Below are positions 19,563 through 29,520 of a DNA stretch of 64,000 nt, in pieces. The DNA comes from an uncultured delta proteobacterium (lineage in GTDB: Bacteria > Myxococcota_A > UBA9160 > UBA4427): the NCBI GenBank assembly GCA_963822965.1, contig CAWGJT010000013.1, forward strand, positions 128,001 to 192,000, given 5' to 3'. The notes beneath the pieces are model-generated. The model was not told the DNA's origin. It worked only from the letters and a program-made list of their open reading frames with translations, and made no database searches. Both the position numbers and the translations under genes were made by a program. The number at the start of each line of letters is the position of its first letter. Position 1 is the first letter of the stretch.

Positions 19563-21291
19563 CCGAGGCCTTGACGGCGAACATCGAGTCCCGGATCGGG
19601 AAGCGGACCTTCGCCGCCGCGATGGTCGCAGCGTCCACGTCGAACTTGAGCGAGTGGTCCGGCCCGATGCCCTCGTCGGTCATGCAGGCGGGCAGGACGT
19701 CGTCCTCCGGCTTCCATCCCGCCAGCGCGTTGAACTTCCACTCGTCCTCGAGGCACTCCCAGCCGAGGTCCGCGATCTGCTCCCGGGAGATCTCCTTGCC
19801 GTAGAGCAGCCCATAGTAGTTGCGCATGTCGTCCAGGGTGGGCTGCAGGAACTGGCAGAAGCCCGACGAATCGCACACGGCGTTGATGAGCTGCACCTCC
19901 TGGGACGACTGCGCGAACTCCGCCGGCGGCAGGCCCGGGTTCACGATCAGCCCCGCCGTGTGATCGGCGCCCATCGGACCCGAGGCGTAGGTGACGCCCG
20001 TGGCCTTGAGAGGACGGGGATCCCAGGCCGGGATCGCCTGCCCCCGAACCACCGGCACCCGCTTGTTGCCCGTGCGCTTGCCCGTGGCCACGGCCCCGTT
20101 TCCGATCGCCTTGCCGAGGTCGGTTCCCTCGGCGATCTCGTGCAGCAGCTTCTTGGCGCCCTCGGCGTCGCCCCAGTCGAGACCGCCGGCATCCATCAGG
20201 ATGGCGACGGCCGCGCCGGTCTCGATGGTGTCGAGCCCGATCTCGTCGCACAGCCGATCGAGGTCGGCGACGTCCTCCCAGCTCTGGATCGCGCAGTTCG
20301 CGCCGAGCAGGGTGAGGGTCTCGAACTCCAGAGCCGAGGTCTTGTAGTTGCCGTCCTTGTCGTGGACGATGTTGCTGCACTGCACGATGCATCCGGTCAT
20401 GCAGTTGTGCATGCCGCCGCCGCGCGTCTCGAAGCTCTCGACGATGCGAGCGCCCGAGAGGTTCTCGGCGTCCGGGGACTGCCCCTCGGTGCGGTTCTTG
20501 TACACGAAGGTGTTCAGCATGTTCGCCACGGGCACCACCGAGCTGGTGCCGAACTTGAACATCTGCGGGCCTTCCCGATACGCCTTCGTGTAGTCCTTGT
20601 TGGTGGCGTTGAACTGCTTGGATTCTGCAGCGCCGCGGAGCCGGGCCTTGCCGGGGTCGATGGCCACCCACTTCAGGCCCTTGCTGCCCATCACCGCGCC
20701 GAGACCGCCGCGGGCGGCGTGGCGCGCCGGCCGGCGCTCCTTGTCCTGGTCGGTGCAGGCCACCGAAGCCCCCGTGAGCCGCAGCTCGCCGGCGGGACCG
20801 ATGGAGATCGCCGACGCGGTCTTCGCGCGTCCGGCGAGCAGCTTCTCGCAGCACGCGTAGTTCCACATGCCCTTGTAGTCGTCGGCCGCCACGATGCGGG
20901 CGCCGTCCGCGTCCACCTCGAGCCCGTAACGCTTGTCGGGATCCGCCGGCTGGCCCTTCACGACGATCGCCCGGAAGCCGAGCTTCATCAGGTCCTGGCC
21001 GGGATTACCGCCCGCGTTGGCCTCCTTGATGCCGCCGGTGAGCGGGCTCTTGCCGCCGATGGAGATGCGACCGGAGGTGGGCGCCGCCGTCCCGGACATG
21101 ACGCCGGGCGCCATCACGAGGACGTTGTCGGGGCCGAGCGGGTCGCACTTGGGGTCGCACTCGTTCAGCAGGATCTTCGCGGACAGCCCGCGACCGCCGA
21201 TCAGCTTCCACTCGTCCGGATAGGGCTCGATGGAAACGGTCTGCGTGGTCATGTCGACGCGGATGAGGCGATCGCCTTCGGGTCCAGCCAT
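19558..21291 (-). CDS. aor: Aldehyde:ferredoxin oxidoreductase (AOR family, probably tungsten)
   Basis: KSPLTGGIKEANAGG, SIGPAGE, ARGGLGAVMGSKGLK, CxxGCxxxC, GLDTIETG, GADHTAG. Confidence 0.93.
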   Translation of the reverse strand: MAGPEGDRLIRVDMTTQTVSIEPYPDEWKLIGGRGLSAKILLNECDPKCDPLGPDNVLVMAPGVMSGTAAPTSGRISIGGKSPLTGGIKEANAGGNPGQDLMKLGFRAIVVKGQPADPDKRYGLEVDADGARIVAADDYKGMWNYACCEKLLAGRAKTASAISIGPAGELRLTGASVACTDQDKERRPARHAARGGLGAVMGSKGLKWVAIDPGKARLRGAAESKQFNATNKDYTKAYREGPQMFKFGTSSVVPVANMLNTFVYKNRTEGQSPDAENLSGARIVESFETRGGGMHNCMTGCIVQCSNIVHDKDGNYKTSALEFETLTLLGANCAIQSWEDVADLDRLCDEIGLDTIETGAAVAILMDAGGLDWGDAEGAKKLLHEIAEGTDLGKAIGNGAVATGKRTGNKRVPVVRGQAIPAWDPRPLKATGVTYASGPMGADHTAGLIVNPGLPPAEFAQSSQEVQLINAVCDSSGFCQFLQPTLDDMRNYYGLLYGKEISREQIADLGWECLEDEWKFNALAGWKPEDDVLPACMTDEGIGPDHSLKFDVDAATIAAAKVRFPIRDSMFAVKASG

Positions 21292-21393
21292 GGTGTCTCC
21301 TTCCTCCTGATCTCTGAAACTCGACTCTCGACGAGTCCTCGTGTGCATGCTTCGCGGCGAGGCTCCGGCGCGCTGCCGTCGGCCGCCGGCCTT

Positions 21394-21663
21394 TCAGCCC
21401 CCCGCGATCGCGGCCAGGACTTCCACGCGGTCGCTCGCTACGACCGGCGTTTCGAGCGCGTCCGCCTCGAGCTGCACCTCGTTGACGAAGAGCTTGACGA
21501 ACGGGTGCTGCCGGCCCTTCGGGTCGAGCACCAGCTCGAGGAAGCCGGGGTACTGCTCCTCCACCGACTGGAGACAGTCGCGAACCGTGGCCCCGGCGAC
21601 GTCGACCTCGGCCTCGCCCCGGGTCGGTGCGCGATAGGCACTCGGAATCAACACGAGGGGCAT
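21394..21663 (-). CDS. moaD: MoaD/ThiS sulfur carrier
   Basis: 89 aa ubiquitin-like fold, FVN motif, C-terminal AIAGG. Confidence 0.9.
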   Translation of the reverse strand: MPLVLIPSAYRAPTRGEAEVDVAGATVRDCLQSVEEQYPGFLELVLDPKGRQHPFVKLFVNEVQLEADALETPVVASDRVEVLAAIAGG

Positions 21664-21838
21664 GTGCGGTATGGAGTCTCCGGCGGGCGCAAAGCTAGAA
21701 GGGCAGTCTAGCCAGAAATCCCCACCGCTGAAAACCCCGTGAAACCATGGACTTGGCGACAGCCGATCCCAAGGGGCCGCGGCCGGGGCGCAACGCCCTC
21801 GTGCGGACCGTCGTCACGGGGTGGATGCCACGTGCAGG

Positions 21839-22348
21839 CGGTGGATCGGGCAGGCTGAGGCGGCGGGGGCGTTCCGGTCCTCTGACGGGGCTCGTGCCTT
21901 CTGGCTCGTCGCGAAGCGCCTGCGTCTCCGTCAAGGGGGTCACAAGCTCTCGGGGCTTTCGTCGCCGCCCCGCTCGATCATCGACCGGAACGGCTGCCCC
22001 TCGGTCTCCGCGTCTTCGTTTTGGAAGCTCCCGAGCCCGGAACGTCCTCCCGCACCACGAGCCGAAGCGGCGCTTCCACGACGTCCGGCCGAGCCTTCTC
22101 GAGCGGGCTCCGCCGGGTCCTTCCGCGTGCTTCGGGCCTGCCCCCTCCCACCGACTCTGCTCTCGCGAGTCGTCGCGGACGCTCTCCGGCTCGTTGCGGG
22201 ACAACGGACACCGCTTTGCGAGCCCGAGACGACGACCGCTGCCTGACGCCCCGTCGGGGCGCACTCGCGATCCATACGTCGACCCGTCGACGACCAACGG
22301 GGTCGGTGAGAGCGGGACCTCAGTCCTCTCGTCTCTGGACCGACGTAC
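21839..22348 (-). ncRNA. Candidate large structured ncRNA (~510 nt, family unassigned)
   Basis: No credible CDS in an ~800-bp gap; nested long-range helices; G-U pairs favour the minus strand; own sigma70-like promoter. Confidence 0.55.
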
Positions 22349-22354
22349 ACGGGC

Positions 22355-22383
22355 AAGTTAGTCCTCGCATGGCGGGCAGACAA
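22355..22383 (-). promoter_or_regulatory. sigma70-type promoter for the candidate ncRNA
   Basis: TTGTCT (22383-22378) N17 TAACTT (22360-22355). Confidence 0.55.
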
Positions 22384-22473
22384 TCAGGCGTTTCCCCCAC
22401 TCTCCTTCGTACGTGGCTTCACGCGCGTTCTCCACACCTACCGGGCGAGCTCCGCACCCGAAGCCGGACGGCT

Positions 22474-22794
22474 TCAGCGCCGGACCAGCCAGGCCACCGT
22501 GGCGCCCCAACCTCCTCGCCCCGGAGGCGCCTCCTCGAATCGCTCGACGCGTGTGTCGACCGCGAGGAAGCGTCTCACGCGCGCGCGTTGCACGCCCTTG
22601 CCTCGGCCGTGGATCAGCCGCACCTGCGTGAAGCCCCGCTCGAGGGCCGCTTCGAGGTAGGCGTCCACCACGCCTTCCAGCTCCGACGGCTGGAAGTGGT
22701 GCAGATCGATCGAGTCGCCGATCTCGACCACGATCGGCTCTTCGACGCCGGGTCGATCCGGCTCTTCGGGATTCCCGTTCCGGCTTCTCGACAC
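22474..22794 (-). CDS. Smr/MutS2 C-terminal domain protein
   Basis: SIDLHHF, VRLIHGRGKGVQR, GGWGATV. Confidence 0.9.
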   Translation of the reverse strand: MSRSRNGNPEEPDRPGVEEPIVVEIGDSIDLHHFQPSELEGVVDAYLEAALERGFTQVRLIHGRGKGVQRARVRRFLAVDTRVERFEEAPPGRGGWGATVAWLVRR

Positions 22795-22995
22795 GCCGCA
22801 ATTGCACCACGAAACCCGGTGCCCGAGAAGGGGAATGACGGGCGCGGTGGCCACCGACGCGACCCGCCGGCTATGCTGACCCCGCCGGGGTCCGCGCCAG
22901 CCGGCCGCGTGCTGGGTTGCCTGTTCGGGGCAGCCGGGCTTCGTGGCGGGGCAGCCGGGCTTCGCGGGGAACCGCGCCTTCAGCGGGGGAGACGA

Positions 22996-24390
22996 GTGGC
23001 ACGCCGCATCATCGTCTGCGACGGCGCCGAGACCGCACGGCTCTGGGGCCGGATCGGCGCAGCCGAGAACGAAGTGCTCACGTGGGTACCCCGCGAGGGG
23101 GAGTCCCGCGCGCGTCCCCCGGGATTCCGGATCCTCCAGGGCGGCCTCACCGCCGACGCCTTCCAGAAGCTCGAGCCCACCGCGGTGGACGAGTACGCGC
23201 TGGCGACCGACGACGGGCCCTGGATCCGCAGCGCGGTCCCCGCCATCGCGCAGATCGCCCCCGAGGCGCCGATCCTGCTGCTGACCGACACCCTCACCGA
23301 GGACGACCTGCCCGGTCACCCCTGCCTGCGACGGACCGGGCTCAAGACCCTGATCCGGGACGACATCGACGACGAGTTCGACCACCTCTCGAACCTGCGG
23401 CGGGTGACCGAGATCCGGCAGCTGCTGGATCCTCGCGAGAAGGTGGGCATCCTGCTTCAGCCCGACCCCGATCCCGACGGCATCGCGTGCGGCTTCGCGC
23501 TGCGCGCCCTGCTCGGGCGCAAGCGGCCCACCGCGCCGCTCATCTCCTTCGGCCCCGTGCAGCGTCCCGAGAACAAGGCCCTGGTGCAGGCCCTCGGTCT
23601 CGAGGTGCGCGTGATCACACCCGACGAGCTCGACGAGTTCGACGGCCTGGCGCTCGTGGACGTGCAGCCGAACGTGTTCGGCGAGAACGCGCCCGCCCGG
23701 GTGCGCTCGGTGGACGTCGTCATCGACCACCACCCGGAGCGCACCGGCTACGACGCCATCATCAAGGACATCCGTCCGAGCTACGGAGCCACCTCGACCA
23801 TCCTCACGGAGTACCTCCGCGCCGCGAAGATGGAGGCGAGCACCGGCCTGATGACCGGGCTCCTCTACGGCATCAAGAGCGACACCCAGTATCTCGGACG
23901 CCAGACCAGCAAGCGGGACATGTCGTCCTTCGCGTACCTGCACGCGTACCACAGCCCGGCGCTGCTGCAGCGCATCGAGCGACCGGCCCTGCCGATCGAC
24001 GGCCTGCGCGCCCTGGGACGCGCTCTCTCCCACACGGAGGTGCGGGACGGAATCCACGTGCTGGTGCTCGGGCGCGTGCGCGAGGACGTGATCCCGCAGG
24101 TGGCCGACATGGCGCTGCAGGCCGAGGGCGCGGAGTGGGCGGTCGCCGCGGGCATCGTCGGCGCAGACCTCGTCTTCTCGGTTCGCAACGTCGGGTACGT
24201 GCGCGCCGCCGGCGACGTGGTGCGCGCCGTCGTGGAGGGACTCGGAGTGGGCGGCGGCCACCGCTCGATGGCCAAGGGCATCATTCCGCTGAAGGCGTTC
24301 CGCAAGGTCTATCGGACTGCCGACCGGCAGCGCATCCGCAGCGCGCTCTTCGACGCCTTCGTGCGCGCGATCCGTCGCGACGAGGCCTGA
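22996..24390 (+). CDS. DHH-family phosphoesterase with N-terminal extra domain
   Basis: [32 protein letters not shown]. Confidence 0.88.
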   Translation: MARRIIVCDGAETARLWGRIGAAENEVLTWVPREGESRARPPGFRILQGGLTADAFQKLEPTAVDEYALATDDGPWIRSAVPAIAQIAPEAPILLLTDTLTEDDLPGHPCLRRTGLKTLIRDDIDDEFDHLSNLRRVTEIRQLLDPREKVGILLQPDPDPDGIACGFALRALLGRKRPTAPLISFGPVQRPENKALVQALGLEVRVITPDELDEFDGLALVDVQPNVFGENAPARVRSVDVVIDHHPERTGYDAIIKDIRPSYGATSTILTEYLRAAKMEASTGLMTGLLYGIKSDTQYLGRQTSKRDMSSFAYLHAYHSPALLQRIERPALPIDGLRALGRALSHTEVRDGIHVLVLGRVREDVIPQVADMALQAEGAEWAVAAGIVGADLVFSVRNVGYVRAAGDVVRAVVEGLGVGGGHRSMAKGIIPLKAFRKVYRTADRQRIRSALFDAFVRAIRRDEA

Positions 24391-24392
24391 GG

Positions 24393-24698
24393 GTGCCCCG
24401 CATCGCCGCGCTCGAGAAGACCGAGCTGGAGGCCGCGGTCGCGACGCTTCCCGGCTGGGCGCTCGACCAGGACAAGCTCTATCGGGAGTTCGTCTTCGAC
24501 GACTTCAACGAGGCGTTCGGCTTCATGAGCCGTGTGGCGCTGGCCGCCGAGGCTGCGAACCACCATCCGGAGTGGTTCAACGTCTACAATCGGGTCCGGG
24601 TCCACCTCACCACCCACGACGCCGGCGGCGTCACCCAGCGCGACCTCGAGCTGGCGGCGCGCATGAACGCCTACTTCGGCTCGTCCGCGGGTCGCTGA
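24393..24698 (+). CDS. phhB: Pterin-4-alpha-carbinolamine dehydratase
   Basis: [21 protein letters not shown]. Confidence 0.94.
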   Translation: MPRIAALEKTELEAAVATLPGWALDQDKLYREFVFDDFNEAFGFMSRVALAAEAANHHPEWFNVYNRVRVHLTTHDAGGVTQRDLELAARMNAYFGSSAGR

Positions 24699-24704
24699 CG
24701 AGCG

Positions 24705-25199
24705 ATGCCGAAGCCGAACGTCGTTCCGAACGTCGAGGCGCTGAAGGAGTGGATCGATCGCCCCCTCGGCAAGACCGAGTGGAGCCCCGTCACCCAGGAG
24801 CAGATCCGCGCCTTCGCGGACGCCACCGACGACCACCAGTGGATCCACGTGGACGTGGAGCGCGCGAGCCGGGAATCGCCGTTCGGCGGACCCATCGCCC
24901 ACGGCTACCTCACCCTGGCGCTGGTGCCGAGGCTCCTGTCCGAGCTCCTCGAGGTCGAGCGGCTGGGCCGCGTGGTCAACGCAGGCATCGAGAAGCTGCG
25001 CCTGCCGGCGGCGGTTCCGGCCGGGGCGCGCGTGCGACTGGGCGCGACGATCAAGAGCGTGCGGGACCTGCCGAGCGGCGGCTCGCGGGTGGCCCTCGCG
25101 GTCACGATGGAGGTCGAGGGCTCCGCCCGGCCGGCGCTGACGGGCCGGGTCGTCTACCTCTACTTTCCCGAGAGCGCCTCCGAGCGATCCCTGCCCTGA
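24705..25199 (+). CDS. MaoC-family dehydratase
   Basis: FADATDDHQWIHVD..PIAHGYLTL. Confidence 0.92.
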   Translation: MPKPNVVPNVEALKEWIDRPLGKTEWSPVTQEQIRAFADATDDHQWIHVDVERASRESPFGGPIAHGYLTLALVPRLLSELLEVERLGRVVNAGIEKLRLPAAVPAGARVRLGATIKSVRDLPSGGSRVALAVTMEVEGSARPALTGRVVYLYFPESASERSLP

Positions 25200-25226
25200 C
25201 CGTTCCGGCGGCGCGGCCGCCGACGA

Positions 25227-26111
25227 TCACTCGTCGAGGAAATCCCGCACCACGCGCAGGAACTCGTCCAGCTGGTCGTGGTGGACCCAGTGCTCGGCGC
25301 CGTCGATCCCGACGCTCCGGGCGCTCTGGAAGGCGCTCATGCGGCCGTCCTTCTCGGGGTCGCCCGCCCAGCTCTGCATCCCCCGCACGAGGAGCGTCGG
25401 GCACGTGATGCGGCCCCACTGACGCCGCAGCTCCCCCATGTCGTAGCGCTGCGGAAAGAAGACGCGCACGTAGTTGTCGAACTTCCAGCTGTAGGTGCCG
25501 TCCTCGTTGCGGGCGACGCCGTGCACCGTGAGGTGACGCGCCTGCTCGGGCGTGAGGAAGGAGTTCTCCTCGATCATGCGGGCCGCGGCGGCCTCGATGC
25601 TCGGGTAGCGCCGCGGCAGCCGCGCCGAGAACTGGCGCACCTGGCGGATCCATTCGTCCGTGCGCTCCCAGATCGGCTTCGAGAGGCGCCCCTCGAACAT
25701 GGCCGGAGGCGGACCGAGGCCCTCGATGCTGACGAGCTTCGCGACGTTCTCGGGATAGATCGACGCGTAATGTGTCGCCACGGACCCGCCCAGGGAGTGG
25801 CCGAGCAGGGTCACCGGGAAGAGGTCGAGGGTGATCAGCAGCTGGGCGATGTCGAGGACGAACTCCTGCACCGTGTAGTGGCCGCCGATCGCCCAGGCGC
25901 TGTCGCCGTGCCCGCGCAGGTCGGGGGCGATCACGTGCCAGTCCTCGCGCAGCTCCCGGGCCACCCAGTCCCAGCTGCGGGCGTGGTCCCGCCCGCCGTG
26001 GATCAGGACGAGAGGCGGCTTGTCCTCGTTGCCCCAGTCCACGAAGTGGAGCCGCAGGCGTTGGGAGACGTAGTAGCTGGAGGCGGGTCCGATGATCTCG
26101 GGGCTCGTCAT
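25227..26111 (-). CDS. Alpha/beta hydrolase
   Basis: LIHGG, PDLRGHGDS, GHSLGG, HWVHHD. Confidence 0.92.
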   Translation of the reverse strand: MTSPEIIGPASSYYVSQRLRLHFVDWGNEDKPPLVLIHGGRDHARSWDWVARELREDWHVIAPDLRGHGDSAWAIGGHYTVQEFVLDIAQLLITLDLFPVTLLGHSLGGSVATHYASIYPENVAKLVSIEGLGPPPAMFEGRLSKPIWERTDEWIRQVRQFSARLPRRYPSIEAAAARMIEENSFLTPEQARHLTVHGVARNEDGTYSWKFDNYVRVFFPQRYDMGELRRQWGRITCPTLLVRGMQSWAGDPEKDGRMSAFQSARSVGIDGAEHWVHHDQLDEFLRVVRDFLDE

Positions 26112-26146
26112 GCCGGGACTCTAGCGGCCGCGGTATGCTCGCCTCC

Positions 26147-27796
26147 ATGCGTGTCGCCATCGCACAGGTGAACCCCACCGTCGGCGCCCTGGCCGAGAAC
26201 CGGAAGCTCGTGGAGCGCGCGGCCGACGACGCCGTCGCCGCCGGCGCCGACCTGGTGGTCCTGCCGGAAATGGTGCTCACCGGCTACCCACCGATGGACC
26301 TGCTGGAGCGGGACGGCTTCGTGCGCGACCAGCTGCGGGAGCTGGCGCTGCTGGAGAAGGCCTCGAAGCGGGTCGCGATCGCCCTCGGCGCGGTGCTGCC
26401 CCTGCCCGAGGGCCGGCCGAAGCAGCTGGTGAACGCCGCCGTGCTGCTGGCGGGGGGCGAGCGGCGGGCCGTGCAGGCCAAGACCCTGCTGCCCACCTAC
26501 GACGTCTTCGACGAGAACCGCTACTTCACGTCGGCCGAGAAGCGCGAGGCCGTTCGCCTGTCCGGGAGCGAGACGGTGCTCGGCCTGTGCGTCTGCGAGG
26601 ACACCTGGGTCGAGACCCGCCCGTACGCGGAGAATCCCGTCGAGGACCTGGCGCGCTCCGGCGCCAACGTGATCCTGAACCCGTCGGCCTCCCCCTGGCA
26701 CGTGCGCAAGCCCGTCGCGCGACGCGCCATGCTGGCCCGGCTGGCGGCGCAGCACGGTCTTCCCATCGTCTTCGTCAACCAGGTGGGGGGAAACGACGAG
26801 CTGGTCTTCGACGGCGCCTCCTTCGTGGTCGATCCCCAGGGCCGCGTGCACGCCCAGCTGCCGATGTTCGAGACGGCCTTCGCGGTGGTCGACCTGCCCC
26901 TGGGCGACGCCAGCGTGCTGGCGCCCGAGGCGTGCCCGGATCTCGAGGCCGTCGCCCAGCTCGAGGGAGCGCTGGTGCTCGGCATCCGCGACTACTTCTA
27001 CAAGCAGGGCCTGCCCCCGGGCGCGGTCATCGGCCTCTCGGGCGGCGTCGATTCCGCGGTGACCGCCCACCTGGCCGTCCGGGCCCTGGGCGCGGAGCGC
27101 GTGCTGGGTCTCGCGATGCCCGGTCCGTTCTCCTCGGAGCACAGCGTGAGCGACGCCCTCGCCCTGGGTCGCAACCTCGGCATCGAGGTGCGCGTCGTCG
27201 ACATCCGCCCCGTGTACGACGCGTACCGGGGCGTCTTCCGCGAGCTCTTCGGCGAGCGGGACGACTACGGTCTCACCCAGCAGAACATCCAATCGCGCAT
27301 CCGCGGCGCGACGGTGATGGCCGTGTCCAACGAGGAAGGCCGCCTGGTGCTCGCCACCGGGAACAAGAGCGAGCTCTCCGTCGGCTACTGCACCCTCTAC
27401 GGCGACACCGTGGGGGGAATCGGCGTGCTGGGCGACGTCTACAAGCGCGACGTCTACGAGCTCGCCCGCTACGCGAACCGCGACGGCGAGCGCATCCCGC
27501 TGCGCACCATCGACAAGCCCCCTTCCGCCGAGCTCGCCCCCGACCAGCTCGACACCAACGAGCTCCCCCCGTACGAGATCCTGGACGCCGTGCTCGAGCA
27601 GGCCATCGAGGGCGGGCACGGCGCCGCGGGCATCGTGCTGCCGCCGGCCTGCACCCGGGAGGTGGCCGACGCGATCGTCCGACGCCTCGACCGCAACGAG
27701 TACAAGCGCCGCCAGATGCCGCTGGTGCTGCGCACCTCGCCCAAGGCGTTCGGATCGGGACGCCGGCTGCCCATCGTGCATCGTTACGGGAGCTGA
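26147..27796 (+). CDS. nadE: Glutamine-dependent NAD+ synthetase
   Basis: Nitrilase domain (PE, K, CED) plus GLSGGVDS, NIQSRIRG, TGNKSE, PSAEL. Confidence 0.96.
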   Translation: MRVAIAQVNPTVGALAENRKLVERAADDAVAAGADLVVLPEMVLTGYPPMDLLERDGFVRDQLRELALLEKASKRVAIALGAVLPLPEGRPKQLVNAAVLLAGGERRAVQAKTLLPTYDVFDENRYFTSAEKREAVRLSGSETVLGLCVCEDTWVETRPYAENPVEDLARSGANVILNPSASPWHVRKPVARRAMLARLAAQHGLPIVFVNQVGGNDELVFDGASFVVDPQGRVHAQLPMFETAFAVVDLPLGDASVLAPEACPDLEAVAQLEGALVLGIRDYFYKQGLPPGAVIGLSGGVDSAVTAHLAVRALGAERVLGLAMPGPFSSEHSVSDALALGRNLGIEVRVVDIRPVYDAYRGVFRELFGERDDYGLTQQNIQSRIRGATVMAVSNEEGRLVLATGNKSELSVGYCTLYGDTVGGIGVLGDVYKRDVYELARYANRDGERIPLRTIDKPPSAELAPDQLDTNELPPYEILDAVLEQAIEGGHGAAGIVLPPACTREVADAIVRRLDRNEYKRRQMPLVLRTSPKAFGSGRRLPIVHRYGS

Positions 27797-27951
27797 AGAC
27801 GCTGCGGGAATCCTCCTCCGGCCGCGACGGTCAACCTCTGCACCGGCGACAGCGATGGCACGGCAGCTCGTCTCCTGAGGGCGTCGTCCGGGACCGGATC
27901 CTCCGCGCGCTCTCCCGCCGGAATCCCCGCGTCGTCCAGGGAGCGGTCATC

Positions 27952-29520
27952 GTGGTCGCGGGATTCGCGGCGAGCCGGCTGCTGGCGTGGCACCTGGGCG
28001 TACGGTTCGACGCCGCTCCCCTCGACTACTTCTGGCAGTACCTGGATCCGACCCTGCTGCGCAGCGACCTGGCCCGCAGCCTGCTCCACCTGCACAGCCA
28101 GCCTCCCGGGTTCAACGCGCTGCTCGGGATCGTCCTCAAGCTCCCGGGAGACTCGAGCCTCGCGTTCGCGTGGCTCTACCGGGCGATCGGCCTGGCGACG
28201 GCACTCGGGCTCTTCGGGGTGCTCGTGAAGCTCGGGGCGGAGCCGCGGCGCGCGGGCCTCGGGGTGGTGATCTTCGCCGCCAGCCCCACCGCGGTCCTCT
28301 ACGAGAGCTGGCTCTTCTATACGCACGTGGTGGCGGCGCTGCTCGTGGCCTCGGCGTGGCTCGCCCACGCGCTCGTTCGCCACGGCCGGGTGCGCGACGC
28401 CGTCCTGCTCGCGGGGGCCGGCGCCGCCCTGGCCTGCACCCGCAGCCTCTTCCACCTGGCGTGGCTCTCGGCGGTGCTGGCCGGCGCGCTGTGGCTGGTG
28501 CGCCGGCAGCAGCCCGCGCGCAGAACCGGGAAGCTGGCCCTCGCGATGGTGCCGGCGCTGCTGCTGGTGGTGTCCGTCCACGCGAAGAACGCCATCGTCT
28601 TCGGCAGCCCGGCCTCGAGCACGTGGCTCGGGATGAGCCTGGCCAAGCTCACCACCCAACGCCTGGATCCCGCCGTCCGGGCGCGGCTCGTGGGCGATGG
28701 AGAGCTCTCCCGGGCGGCCCTCGTCAAGCCGTTCTCGCCCCTGTGGAAGTATCCGCCGGAGCTCACGAAGACGAGCTACCACGGCCACCCGGCCCTCGAT
28801 CGGATCGTCAAGCCCGGCAACTACACGAACTTCAACAACGGCGCCTACGTGGAGCTGAATCGCCTCTACCTGCAGGACGCGCTCTACACGATCCGCCACT
28901 TTCCGGGCGTCTACCTGGCCGGGGTGGGACGCGGGCTGCTGCTCTACGGGATCCCCCCCAGCCAGTACCGCTTCCTGCGGGCCAACCAGGCCGCCTACCG
29001 GCCGGTCGACCGCGTCTTCGAGTGGCTCACGGGCGTCCCCGAGGCCTTCACGGGCGCGCGGCACCCGGAAGCGCTCGGCGACCCGGTCTACCTGCTGCGC
29101 CGCATCCGCTGGCTGTACCTGGCGGTGCTGGTGGCCTCGATGGGATGGGCGCTCGTGCGCTGCCGGAGGCTGCCCGCCGACCCCGACTCGGACGCCGAGC
29201 GGGGCGTGCTGCTCTTCTGTCTGGCGAGCGCGCTGTGGGTGGGCGTGGTCGCGAACGCCTTGGAGCTGGGGGAGAACCAGCGCTTCCACGCGATGGTGGC
29301 GCCGCTGCACTTCCTGCTGATCGGGTGGATGCTGGAGCGAGCCGTCCAGCGCTGGCAGGCGCGCCGCCGGGCGGCGCGGGGGGCAGGTGCAGCTCAGGCG
29401 GTAGCGCCGGCGCCCGCGGCCTCTTCGCCTCCGGCCTGCCGGACGTTCTCGGCGCGGGCGCCGCGCGGGCCCTCCTGGACCACGTATTCCACGTTGTCGC
29501 CCTCGGACAGGGCGTCGTAG
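27952..29520 (+). CDS. Polytopic membrane protein (possibly GT-C-like)
   Basis: Many TM helices, WQYLD..HSQPP and ENQRF motifs; GTG with GGAG RBS; start uncertain. Confidence 0.6.
   Translation: MVAGFAASRLLAWHLGVRFDAAPLDYFWQYLDPTLLRSDLARSLLHLHSQPPGFNALLGIVLKLPGDSSLAFAWLYRAIGLATALGLFGVLVKLGAEPRRAGLGVVIFAASPTAVLYESWLFYTHVVAALLVASAWLAHALVRHGRVRDAVLLAGAGAALACTRSLFHLAWLSAVLAGALWLVRRQQPARRTGKLALAMVPALLLVVSVHAKNAIVFGSPASSTWLGMSLAKLTTQRLDPAVRARLVGDGELSRAALVKPFSPLWKYPPELTKTSYHGHPALDRIVKPGNYTNFNNGAYVELNRLYLQDALYTIRHFPGVYLAGVGRGLLLYGIPPSQYRFLRANQAAYRPVDRVFEWLTGVPEAFTGARHPEALGDPVYLLRRIRWLYLAVLVASMGWALVRCRRLPADPDSDAERGVLLFCLASALWVGVVANALELGENQRFHAMVAPLHFLLIGWMLERAVQRWQARRRAARGAGAAQAVAPAPAASSPPACRTFSARAPRGPSWTTYSTLSPSDRAS

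Noticed and set aside
21951..21985. Hammerhead ribozyme (GAUGA...GAAA on the minus strand)
   Set aside because: Core reads CGAUGA rather than CUGAUGA, and the stems do not fit the hammerhead topology
22010..22055. Moco/Tuco riboswitch (cctcccg and tttggaa fragments)
   Set aside because: Fragments are on the strand opposite the operon and in the wrong order
21695..22383. ORFs 21695-22297, 21747-22361, 21821-22246, 21940-22383
   Set aside because: Arg/Ser/Pro-rich, no recognisable motifs; typical high-GC spurious ORFs
22927..22964. 17-bp direct duplication ggggcagccgggcttcg (also gatcggcaggc x2 at 63008-63029)
   Set aside because: Two-copy slippage duplications with no further support for function
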